The position numbers and the translations under genes are program-made. Below, piece by piece: positions 6,186 through 13,909 of a DNA stretch of 25,703 nt (within the stretch, counting starts at the first letter, position 1; each line of letters starts with the position of its first letter). Source of the stretch: a virus (lineage: Duplodnaviria; Caudoviricetes); IMG/VR virus record IMGVR_UViG_3300009159_000282, positions 1-25,703 of that record. One strand, written 5' to 3'. The notes under the pieces were generated by a model that saw nothing but the letters and a program-made list of their open reading frames with translations, ran no database searches and had not been told where the DNA came from.

Positions 6186-6388
6186 TCTTTTACCTCTGAT
6201 ACTGAATGATAGTGTTTGAGTATAAACTCTGTATGGGTTTTGCTTTTTCTTTCTATCCAAAAACGTGTGCGATTTAGGTGTACTTCGTAGAGTATATTAT
6301 TCGTGCTAATGTACTCGAATACCTGTTTGAAGTCTGGATGACTAGTGTATACACAGTATTGAATATACGTGTGAGGGGAGGGGTGCAT
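6182..6388 (-). CDS. hypothetical phage protein (start revised to 6388)
   Basis: TAAATA-CTCAC-ATG start. Confidence 0.7.
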   Translation of the reverse strand: MHPSPHTYIQYCVYTSHPDFKQVFEYISTNNILYEVHLNRTRFWIERKSKTHTEFILKHYHSVSEVKE

Positions 6389-6393
6389 GTGAG

Positions 6394-6399
6394 TATTTA
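6394..6399 (-). promoter_or_regulatory. T4-late-like promoter TAAATA, 5 nt before ATG
   Basis: TAAATA-CTCAC-ATG(6388). Confidence 0.7.
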
Positions 6400-6480
6400 C
6401 TAGGGGCTTTCGTATAGCGAAAATTTCTGCGCTACCGCGTCGCACTTCGTGCTCAACACCTTAGGACTTTACGGGACGAT

Positions 6481-6504
6481 GGTTTTACCAATTATGTGTA
6501 AATA
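6481..6504 (+). promoter_or_regulatory. GGTTTTACC box followed by a TAAATA late-like promoter
   Basis: box at 6481-6489; TAAATA at 6499-6504; GGAG RBS and ATG 6532 downstream. Confidence 0.5.
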
Positions 6505-6531
6505 TCTTTGATTTACCCGGGAGCGAATCCG

Positions 6532-6702
6532 ATGACGCATGATATCAAGTGCTATGCCTACTACCCTGTACAGTTGACCAATGGGTCATTCGTGTGGAAT
6601 CAGGTCTACTGGATTGTGGATCTCAACGTATGGTGGGGGTCTGGTCCACGTACTAGGCTAATATCAGATCAAGACTATCTGTTTCACCTACTGGCCGCTT
6701 AA
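6532..6702 (+). CDS. hypothetical phage protein (56 aa, start revised to 6532)
   Basis: GGAG RBS before ATG; aromatic-rich small ORF. Confidence 0.65.
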   Translation: MTHDIKCYAYYPVQLTNGSFVWNQVYWIVDLNVWWGSGPRTRLISDQDYLFHLLAA

Positions 6703-6962
6703 CCTATTAGGGGCTTGCTGGGATCATCACTGCCTATGGCTTCTCTAGACACAGGGCGAGCTGGAGCCGTTTCAAAGCGGGCTAGTTTGGTTTCAAAAGC
6801 CAATATATTCTTAGTGACCCTATTAAGGCTTCTTTCGATATCGGCTATACGTTTGACGTTTTCCGGAGTGTCCCTTTTGGCTTCATTGAGATACATCTCT
6901 AGTTTGGTCTTTTCAAATGCCAGCATTTTTATATGGGCACGGATTTTGTTTAATTGGAACAT
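6699..6962 (-). CDS. hypothetical coiled-coil protein (start revised to 6962)
   Basis: heptad-like helical sequence; TAAGTA-TGACT-ATG start. Confidence 0.65.
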   Translation of the reverse strand: MFQLNKIRAHIKMLAFEKTKLEMYLNEAKRDTPENVKRIADIERSLNRVTKNILAFETKLARFETAPARPVSREAIGSDDPSKPLIG

Positions 6963-7034
6963 AGTCATACTTACCAGGGCCAGAATCTGCTGAGGGCAGA
7001 TCTGGTTCGCATACATAATAGTATAGGAGACACT

Positions 7035-7232
7035 ATGTTAAAACCCACAAGTAATTTTAAACTCAGCAAACAGACTAAACGCTTTATGGCCACGTACACC
7101 AATGCAGAAGCTCGTAACTCATTTAAACGAGATATGATCCAAGCAGAACTGCATTCACAGATACAGCCCCCACGTAAAGAAAAGCGAACATATACACAAT
7201 CAACTGGGGGTACTGACACGGACTTGACATAA
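7035..7232 (+). CDS. hypothetical basic phage protein (start revised to 7035)
   Basis: AGGAGA RBS before MLKPTSNFKLSKQTKR. Confidence 0.75.
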   Translation: MLKPTSNFKLSKQTKRFMATYTNAEARNSFKRDMIQAELHSQIQPPRKEKRTYTQSTGGTDTDLT

Positions 7233-7252
7233 TAGTTCTGTTAGTATATAAT
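7224..7252 (+). promoter_or_regulatory. consensus sigma70 promoter upstream of the cell wall hydrolase
   Basis: TTGACA(7224-7229), 17 nt, TATAAT(7247-7252); no GGTAAAACC box. Confidence 0.8.
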
Positions 7253-7386
7253 TAACAAAACGGGCTCAAAATGGCCTGTTTTCGTTTACAAATTGAAATT
7301 ATGGAGTAATTAAAACTACGCATCTCGGTTTTTTCGAGTTTGCAACACACAGATAGAGACAATTTAAACAATAGGAGGACAACGAT

Positions 7387-8061
7387 ATGTCTATGATACG
7401 CCGTGCTGTATGTGCGCTAATAGTATTATCGGTTCTGGCTTTCCAAAGTGTCAGTCAAGCCGAGACCCAAGGATTAGAGGGTCAACCCTATATCGTAGCT
7501 ACAAATTCATTTGTGGGTATGACTAGGGAACGAGTAGGTGGAGTCGTAACAGCCATCGCTACCCCTGTGGTAGATCTTAAAGAGTTACAATGTTTGGCCC
7601 GCAATATCTTTTTTGAAGCGGCGTCAGAACCAGAAGAGGGTAAGGTCGCAGTTGGCCTAGTCACTCTCAACAGAGCACAAGATTCTAGATTCGGCCGCAC
7701 TATTTGCGGAGTGGTGGATCAGAAAATGATACGCTCTTATTCCCGGGATGTGGTAGTGGAAAAACGCACTATGTTCAGAACGACCCAGGAAACCCACACA
7801 GTATGGAACCAAGTAGCCACATGCCAATTTAGTTGGGTGTGCTCCAAAGTTAAAAACCCTAAGTCTAGTGACGAGCGTTGGGAAGAAAGCCAACGTATAG
7901 CTCGTGAACTGCTAGAAGACAACGGGTCATTTTGGGAGTGGCGTGTCAAGTACGCTAAATCACTTTGGTTCCACGCAGTCACAGTTCGTCCACCATGGGC
8001 AAAGGCAAAAGAACATGTAGGCCGTATAGGCGGACATCACTTTTACCAGGAACGGATCTAA
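7387..8061 (+). CDS. SleB-like cell wall hydrolase (Hydrolase_2 family) with N-terminal signal or anchor
   Basis: CLARNIFFEA..E...G..AV..V.LNR, ICGVV.Q, CQFSW, FHA....P.W and IGGHHFY motifs; AGGAGG RBS. Confidence 0.9.
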   Translation: MSMIRRAVCALIVLSVLAFQSVSQAETQGLEGQPYIVATNSFVGMTRERVGGVVTAIATPVVDLKELQCLARNIFFEAASEPEEGKVAVGLVTLNRAQDSRFGRTICGVVDQKMIRSYSRDVVVEKRTMFRTTQETHTVWNQVATCQFSWVCSKVKNPKSSDERWEESQRIARELLEDNGSFWEWRVKYAKSLWFHAVTVRPPWAKAKEHVGRIGGHHFYQERI

Positions 8062-8066
8062 ACAGA

Positions 8067-8072
8067 TAAATA
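8067..8072 (+). promoter_or_regulatory. T4-late-like promoter TAAATA, 5 nt before ATG
   Basis: TAAATA-TTGTT-ATG(8078). Confidence 0.7.
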
Positions 8073-8077
8073 TTGTT

Positions 8078-8293
8078 ATGAGAGCCCATGAATTTATAAC
8101 AGAAAAAACAGATCCTAAACTTTGCCGTTCGGGTCGTCGACTAGGACGTTCGGACTACAGTAGTTGTGTGAGCCAAGGGCTCCGTGCTCACACTTCTAAA
8201 GGCAAAGGTCACACTGATGGCAACGGCCATTATCTCAAAGGCAAGAAAGCCAAGAGCACCAAGTACGGTGGCGACGTTCCAGACTACAGCTAG
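8078..8293 (+). CDS. putative internal head protein (basic, capsid-targeting-like N-terminus)
   Basis: MRAHEFITE resembles the T4 internal-protein leader MKTYQEFIAE; K/R/G/H-rich body; late promoter. Confidence 0.6.
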   Translation: MRAHEFITEKTDPKLCRSGRRLGRSDYSSCVSQGLRAHTSKGKGHTDGNGHYLKGKKAKSTKYGGDVPDYS

Positions 8294-8294
8294 T

Positions 8295-8942
8295 CTACCC
8301 GTGTATTACTTTTATTTTTCCGTTTTGAGTAGAATCAAACCCTAGTATATTATCGTAGACACTTCTACATACACGATTGTAGGCGGGTCTATCTTCGTAG
8401 GGAAAATGTGGACTAATTGAACAAACAAATGCTTCACGATCATTGTGATTGGCTAAAGATAACATAAGGTGATTTTGTGCCGCTTTAACACCAGCGTATC
8501 CAGCCATTTCAGTCCATGTGGTTCTTTCAAATTCTGTGGCCATACCTGTGGTCAAGAATACTATCTTACTACCCTTGGACATTTTCTTTAGAGCTTCGAT
8601 AGATAATATGTGGGCTAAGACAACAGTAAAGTATAAGTTACTATACCACATATCCGAACTTACTCTTGCAGTAGATGTGAATTGTTCAGGTCTGCCCGGG
8701 TATCCATCCATGCGTCCATTGTAAAGAAATATGTCTATGTGATCAATTGATTGGATTAGCCGATTGAAATCTTCAACCACATACTGTCTTTCATTGACGT
8801 CGGTATGCGTGTGTTGTGGGTCACCGTTGGCATAGTCTCTATGAGATAGGATAAAAACATTATGCCCTTCTCTACGAGCGATCTTACAAAAATCATTGCC
8901 AAATTTACCAGGTTGACCACCCCCAAATACAACTATGTTCAT
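8295..8942 (-). CDS. short-chain dehydrogenase/reductase (SDR)
   Basis: N-terminal Gly-rich VVFGGGQPGKFG; YAGVK (YxxxK) catalytic motif; AAGGA RBS. Confidence 0.8.
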   Translation of the reverse strand: MNIVVFGGGQPGKFGNDFCKIARREGHNVFILSHRDYANGDPQHTHTDVNERQYVVEDFNRLIQSIDHIDIFLYNGRMDGYPGRPEQFTSTARVSSDMWYSNLYFTVVLAHILSIEALKKMSKGSKIVFLTTGMATEFERTTWTEMAGYAGVKAAQNHLMLSLANHNDREAFVCSISPHFPYEDRPAYNRVCRSVYDNILGFDSTQNGKIKVIHG

Positions 8943-8969
8943 AATTGATTTCCTTTATTATTAACTAGG

Positions 8970-8987
8970 TATTTAATACTATAAATA
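8970..8987. promoter_or_regulatory. divergent pair of late-like promoters
   Basis: TAAATA on minus (8970-8975) for the SDR; full TATAAATA on plus (8980-8987) 5 nt before ATG 8993. Confidence 0.75.
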
Positions 8988-8992
8988 TTACT

Positions 8993-9613
8993 ATGAAATT
9001 TAATTGTAGTGCCGGTGGCATAGAACGTACTGTTTCAATTGATCTACCCTTAACTCCCACAAAGATCGCTATATTCATAAGTGGTGGAATGGATAGTGCT
9101 ATACTCTATTACTTGTTATTGAAGGCCAATGCTGAACAAGGTAACCTGCATCAAATTATACCCTTTACTGTAAACAGGACTGAGGGTTCTCGTTATTTTA
9201 CTCGTCCTGTTATAGCTCACGTACACTCACAGTTCAATATACCTTATAAAGACCCCCACGAAGTTGGCGATCCTAGTTTACCCGGTCACCTACAAGTTAT
9301 GAGTGGCGCAACTAGCGTTATGCATATGGGATTTAATTCTATATACGGCGGCGTAATTACTCAACTGCCTGAACACATTATTGGTTACGATCCTGCTCCC
9401 ACAGGTGATACTGAAATAATCAAGTTACCCTTCAAAGATATAACCAAGGGCTACATTATTGATCTTATTGTGCGTCATAAACAAGAAGCCTTGTTCTATC
9501 TTACACACAGTTGTTCAATATTGGAAATAGGTAAATGTAACAGTTGCAATGGTTGTAACGAACGCAACTGGGGATTTGCACAATGTGGGTTAACTGACCC
9601 TGGTACCATCTAA
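8993..9613 (+). CDS. QueC-like PP-loop ATPase
   Basis: ISGGMDS PP-loop and C-terminal THSC...CNSCNGC.ER zinc motif. Confidence 0.75.
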   Translation: MKFNCSAGGIERTVSIDLPLTPTKIAIFISGGMDSAILYYLLLKANAEQGNLHQIIPFTVNRTEGSRYFTRPVIAHVHSQFNIPYKDPHEVGDPSLPGHLQVMSGATSVMHMGFNSIYGGVITQLPEHIIGYDPAPTGDTEIIKLPFKDITKGYIIDLIVRHKQEALFYLTHSCSILEIGKCNSCNGCNERNWGFAQCGLTDPGTI

Positions 9614-10687
9614 ATCACTACGTTCAATAAACATTTCTTTAGGCTTAGATATCTTTGACGATGTTCCACACATTGCTACACACATGTTTAATTGCTTGTT
9701 ATTCCAAAATTTCTCCCAGATGTTTTGATACATCTCACTATTAATAATATCCTTAATGGAGTAGTGATAAGCATTCTGTGATATAGCACCGCCTAGAGCT
9801 TCAATTAGGCTGTGATATTCATTTAACATTTGCAACCTAATCTGAGTCATACCAACAATAGTATCTACCGGTATATATGGTATTATGCCCAGATAACAGC
9901 AAGGAAATACTTGCCCGTATGCATCGATATATAGTTCATGTTGTTCTATTGCGCCACATTTGATAATACTTTCTTTTGCAATATCTCGAAAATTAGTTAT
10001 AGCGTTTCGATCGATAAATTTAATTTCGCTGTAGCCGCTTGGCTCTAGAAGTCGTGTAGTATCCCCATTTTTATCATAAACAGGAAAAGTTGGATCAAAG
10101 AAGAAACGGCCGCTGTCCTTCATCGAAAATGATTCAAATCCTAACTCATTGGCTAATTGCTTGACTTTGGCAACTTGATGCTCATTGTGTTTAAATCGAA
10201 TAAATGCCCACTCAGCAATGCCTCCAGCTTGTATAAAATCGTAAGCATTATCTATGATCTTATCAAAGTCAGTACCTACCCGATACAAACTGTGTGTATC
10301 TTCTAATCCGTCAATAGCAAAAACTACCCTATGATTTTTTGGCAGAGCTTTGGCTAACTGTTGCCACCAGTCTTTAGATCTAAGGCTTCCGTTGGTGTAG
10401 ATCCATACGTGTAAATTGGGATTAACAGACACAGAGTATTCAATCATTGCGATTAGATCATTGTTTAATAACGGATCACCAAAGTTACCGCAGAAGTAAT
10501 ACTTGTCAATTTGATTTAGTACATCCGCAGTCATAATACTTTTAAACTGTTCCAAAGACCAACTAGATAATTTTATCAATGGATTATCTAGCCCACCATG
10601 TATGTTTCGCTGACATTGGGGACAACTGGCTTGACAGTTATTGGTAATTTCAAGATGTATTTGTTTTAATTCGTTAAATTTAAACAT
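9590..10687 (-). CDS. radical SAM enzyme with C-terminal SPASM/twitch-like domain
   Basis: CQASCPQC; GNFGDP; YTNG; IDGL; C-terminal C...G.VFPCC...CVAMC. Confidence 0.9.
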   Translation of the reverse strand: MFKFNELKQIHLEITNNCQASCPQCQRNIHGGLDNPLIKLSSWSLEQFKSIMTADVLNQIDKYYFCGNFGDPLLNNDLIAMIEYSVSVNPNLHVWIYTNGSLRSKDWWQQLAKALPKNHRVVFAIDGLEDTHSLYRVGTDFDKIIDNAYDFIQAGGIAEWAFIRFKHNEHQVAKVKQLANELGFESFSMKDSGRFFFDPTFPVYDKNGDTTRLLEPSGYSEIKFIDRNAITNFRDIAKESIIKCGAIEQHELYIDAYGQVFPCCYLGIIPYIPVDTIVGMTQIRLQMLNEYHSLIEALGGAISQNAYHYSIKDIINSEMYQNIWEKFWNNKQLNMCVAMCGTSSKISKPKEMFIERSDLDGTRVS

Positions 10688-11310
10688 ACAAGCTCTTCAA
10701 TTGATTTATCTAATGCTACAGTAACAATCAGTCTTGGGCCAGGCGTAAAATGTACTGTATGAGCGCAATCTGTTTTGACAAATGCGCTGGGAGTATAGAC
10801 ATTTCTTGCAACTAACTCTGGAGCTCCTAAAAACTCATATCTACTTTGTGTGTCATGCCCTGGAACACTCTTGTTGGTATACTCACGACCATTAGGTGCT
10901 AGGAATTTAGTTTCTACTATCCTAGGATCGTCGTATTCAAGACTACCCCACCAAATTAAAGGATCATAGGGATTTCCCATGACCATGACATTTAGTCTTG
11001 ACCGTATTCTGTAGACTGCGCCTGTTTTAGGATCAGCCTTTGTATCAATATGTGGATCCGGGTTACCCAATGTACACATAAACACGTTTATACCACCAAA
11101 TTCAGTATCACACCCGTATTGATTTAAAAAGGCATTTAATTCTTGCCCTACTATACTATTACGCCATTCAGCTTGTGCTTCCGGAGTGTATTGAGTTAGG
11201 TCAGTATTATGTCCAATGTTGCCCGTTAATCGATCTTTATATCGATTTAAAATCCATTCTCGAGCATTGTTAGAAAAATTAAACGTTAGTGAATGATAAA
11301 ATTTCTTCAA
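10666..11310 (-). CDS. putative cupin / Fe(II)-2OG oxygenase-like protein (paralog B)
   Basis: PHID...AHTV...PRLIVTV (HxD...H plus distal R); TTG start; paralog of 11279-11962. Confidence 0.55.
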   Translation of the reverse strand: MKKFYHSLTFNFSNNAREWILNRYKDRLTGNIGHNTDLTQYTPEAQAEWRNSIVGQELNAFLNQYGCDTEFGGINVFMCTLGNPDPHIDTKADPKTGAVYRIRSRLNVMVMGNPYDPLIWWGSLEYDDPRIVETKFLAPNGREYTNKSVPGHDTQSRYEFLGAPELVARNVYTPSAFVKTDCAHTVHFTPGPRLIVTVALDKSIEELVCLNLTN

Positions 11311-11962
11311 TTGACTTATCCAATGGAACTGTTACAATTATTCGAGGAACGGGACTACAGTTTACTGTATGCACACAATCTGTTTTAACAAATGCAGTGG
11401 GCATTAATATATTTCCTGCTATACAGGTAGGAGTTCCTGCTAATTTTAATCTGTCTTCTTTAGTTTTTCCCGGAATATTTCTACAGGTAAACGGAAGATT
11501 TGTGCTTAAATCAAGATATTCAACGTCAGCCAAAGCAGGATGATCCGGGCCAAAGTCACCCCACCACCACATTTCATCTTCTGGATTTCCTTGTACCATG
11601 ATGTTTAATCTTGTCTTGATAACTTTTTCGTATTTGTATGTAGTACCTAATACTTTATTGATAAGACTTTTACATAGGATATCCATATGCGGATTTCCTG
11701 GATAGTATTCTTCTCTATTACATATGAATGTAGTAATACCTGCCATACTAGTATCACACCCGTAATTTTTTAAAAAATCATTAATTTCGATACCCACTAG
11801 ACTTGAATGCCATTCTTCTTGTGCTTGTTTTGAAAAGAATTCCGATGTATCGTCGTGATGATAAAATTGTTCTTTAAATTTATCTTTGTATCTATCTAAA
11901 ACCCATTGCTTAGCCTCAATGGATAGATCAAAGTCTAGCGAGTGATAGTATTTTGTAGTCAT
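11279..11962 (-). CDS. putative cupin / Fe(II)-2OG oxygenase-like protein (paralog A)
   Basis: PHMD...VHTV...PRIIVTV; shares YHSL.F, YGCDT, RLN.MV.GNP, AFVKTDC.HTV and LDKSIEE with its neighbour. Confidence 0.55.
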   Translation of the reverse strand: MTTKYYHSLDFDLSIEAKQWVLDRYKDKFKEQFYHHDDTSEFFSKQAQEEWHSSLVGIEINDFLKNYGCDTSMAGITTFICNREEYYPGNPHMDILCKSLINKVLGTTYKYEKVIKTRLNIMVQGNPEDEMWWWGDFGPDHPALADVEYLDLSTNLPFTCRNIPGKTKEDRLKLAGTPTCIAGNILMPTAFVKTDCVHTVNCSPVPRIIVTVPLDKSIEEILSFTNV

Positions 11963-11968
11963 TTTATT

Positions 11969-12592
11969 TTAATCCCCTATTGGCATTTTTTTCCAATCCT
12001 CTTCAGTGACAGATCGTTTATCCCAGGTCGCCCATGTACCTGGAACATGTTCATAATACAGATGATATTGCCAACATTTTTGTACATCATATGGACACGT
12101 TTGTATAAAGCCTTCCCCCTTCTTAAGACCGGGGATAGCTTTACAAAATGCAGAATGATATACATTCCACCATCCCACAGTTTCTTTTTTCTCACGAGAC
12201 TGTATCGTTATAAAGTAAGCATCAAACTGTTTAATTAAATTTAAAGGTTTAATTATCTGTGCGTCTACCATACGGAATATATCTACCATTCCTCTAAAAC
12301 TTCTTTGTCTATATTTAGGAAACAGGTATGCTCGATGCAGATGTATAGCGATATTAGATGGATATCGCCCATCATTGAATAACCCGGCCATTACAACCGG
12401 TTCGTGCGTAATTTTATCGTAAACTACTACATACCCTACGTGTTTTTCCAAAATTAAAAACTTTGGAGTATATATTTCTCTAAGCCAATTATCTTCGCTC
12501 AGACATAATTCTCGTACTTCCTCAAATTCTGCACAAGATTCATAAAATATCTTATGATAAAAATTATTAGGATTTAAAGATTGTAGGTTCAT
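11969..12592 (-). CDS. hypothetical protein, possibly GNAT acyltransferase fold
   Basis: LHRAYLFPKYRQ resembles GNAT motif A; TAAATA-N5-ATG start. Confidence 0.45.
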   Translation of the reverse strand: MNLQSLNPNNFYHKIFYESCAEFEEVRELCLSEDNWLREIYTPKFLILEKHVGYVVVYDKITHEPVVMAGLFNDGRYPSNIAIHLHRAYLFPKYRQRSFRGMVDIFRMVDAQIIKPLNLIKQFDAYFITIQSREKKETVGWWNVYHSAFCKAIPGLKKGEGFIQTCPYDVQKCWQYHLYYEHVPGTWATWDKRSVTEEDWKKMPIGD

Positions 12593-12597
12593 AAAAA

Positions 12598-12603
12598 TAT
12601 TTA
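12598..12603 (-). promoter_or_regulatory. T4-late-like promoter TAAATA, 5 nt before ATG
   Basis: TAAATA-TTTTT-ATG(12592). Confidence 0.7.
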
Positions 12604-12625
12604 TTAGGGGCCTAATCAGGCTCGA

Positions 12626-13909
12626 TTATTTTTGTTTTATCTTACTTGGATCAACGGCTCCAAAGTATACTTTATCAATGCGGCTTGTTTCTCCGCAGAT
12701 ACTAGAACAGTAGGCCATCTTACCATCCTTAACACTATCCTTAGACCAAGAATCGGCATAGACTCGATCTAAATGTCCATCATCTAAAATATCTTTTAAT
12801 GAATGTTTGTTGAGATCAAAATGATCCCATCCGTAGTCGTTCATATGCTTGTGTAACTGCATTGATCTGTAGTCTGTAAATGTTCCACTAATGTGTGTAC
12901 CTATGTAACAACAAGGCAATACTCTTCCAAAATTATCAACAAATATTTCTTTATCGTCTCTAAATACATTTGCTTTACATTTAATTGTACAAGCATCAAG
13001 TTTGCTAGTATCCTGTTTATTGATTATCTCATAGACTTTATTAAACTTTTCTTCATAGTTGTCATTAGACTTGTCTGCTCTTAGTGCTTTGTACTCTTCA
13101 AATTTAAATGGGTACCAACGAGCTGGGCGGGTTTCTCCTCCTACAGGATCTCTTAAGATTCTATTATCTGGATCTTTTGGAGCATGAATCATATAATCTA
13201 ATTCTCCATCCCTAGTTACCGCAGGTAAAGTGGTTAGATAACTACCGGTATCTACTCCTAATGCTTTTTTAGGAACAAACAATACAAACCCTAGATCGTC
13301 TGCCATTTTGCGAGCTTCTTCTATTTGATGTTCGTTATGTTCAAATATCAAGTATTCCCACACAGCGTTACCGCCAGCATCTATAAATGCTTTAGCATTG
13401 GCCATTAAGTTTTTCCATTTAACATTTCTGCGATATATATGATTAGTATCTTCTAATCCGTCAATGCTAAAAATAAGTCTCCAACAGGTTAAATCTCTAG
13501 GATTGCGTTTAGCGAATACAGCACCTAACTTAGCCCACCATTCGGGATTACGCATACCTCCGTTAGTATGCATCTGTAGAACAAAATCGCTTTTCTTTTT
13601 AGGCTTCCACCAAGCTGTTTTTTGATATTGAGTATGCTCTAGAATATATTCACAAATTTCTAATGTATTGCTGGCCATACAAGGATCACCTTGTGTTCCG
13701 CAAAACATTATCTTAACTAGCCCTGATAACAAATCTGGTGGAAAGTATTCTTTGAATTTTTCTAAAGATATCTCTCCTATTTCTAAGTCAGGTCTGACTA
13801 ACGGAGAGTTTCGATAGAAACGTACACACATGGGACATGCGGCATTACATGCATTGGTTAATTCAATATGCAGTTGACGTACTTCTTGCGTCTTCCAGAA
13901 CTCAGTCAT
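12626..13909 (-). CDS. radical SAM enzyme with C-terminal SPASM/twitch-like domain
   Basis: CNAACPMC; GTQGDP; HTNG; SIDGL; C-terminal C...G.VLPCC...CSSIC; paralog of 9590-10687. Confidence 0.9.
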   Translation of the reverse strand: MTEFWKTQEVRQLHIELTNACNAACPMCVRFYRNSPLVRPDLEIGEISLEKFKEYFPPDLLSGLVKIMFCGTQGDPCMASNTLEICEYILEHTQYQKTAWWKPKKKSDFVLQMHTNGGMRNPEWWAKLGAVFAKRNPRDLTCWRLIFSIDGLEDTNHIYRRNVKWKNLMANAKAFIDAGGNAVWEYLIFEHNEHQIEEARKMADDLGFVLFVPKKALGVDTGSYLTTLPAVTRDGELDYMIHAPKDPDNRILRDPVGGETRPARWYPFKFEEYKALRADKSNDNYEEKFNKVYEIINKQDTSKLDACTIKCKANVFRDDKEIFVDNFGRVLPCCYIGTHISGTFTDYRSMQLHKHMNDYGWDHFDLNKHSLKDILDDGHLDRVYADSWSKDSVKDGKMAYCSSICGETSRIDKVYFGAVDPSKIKQK

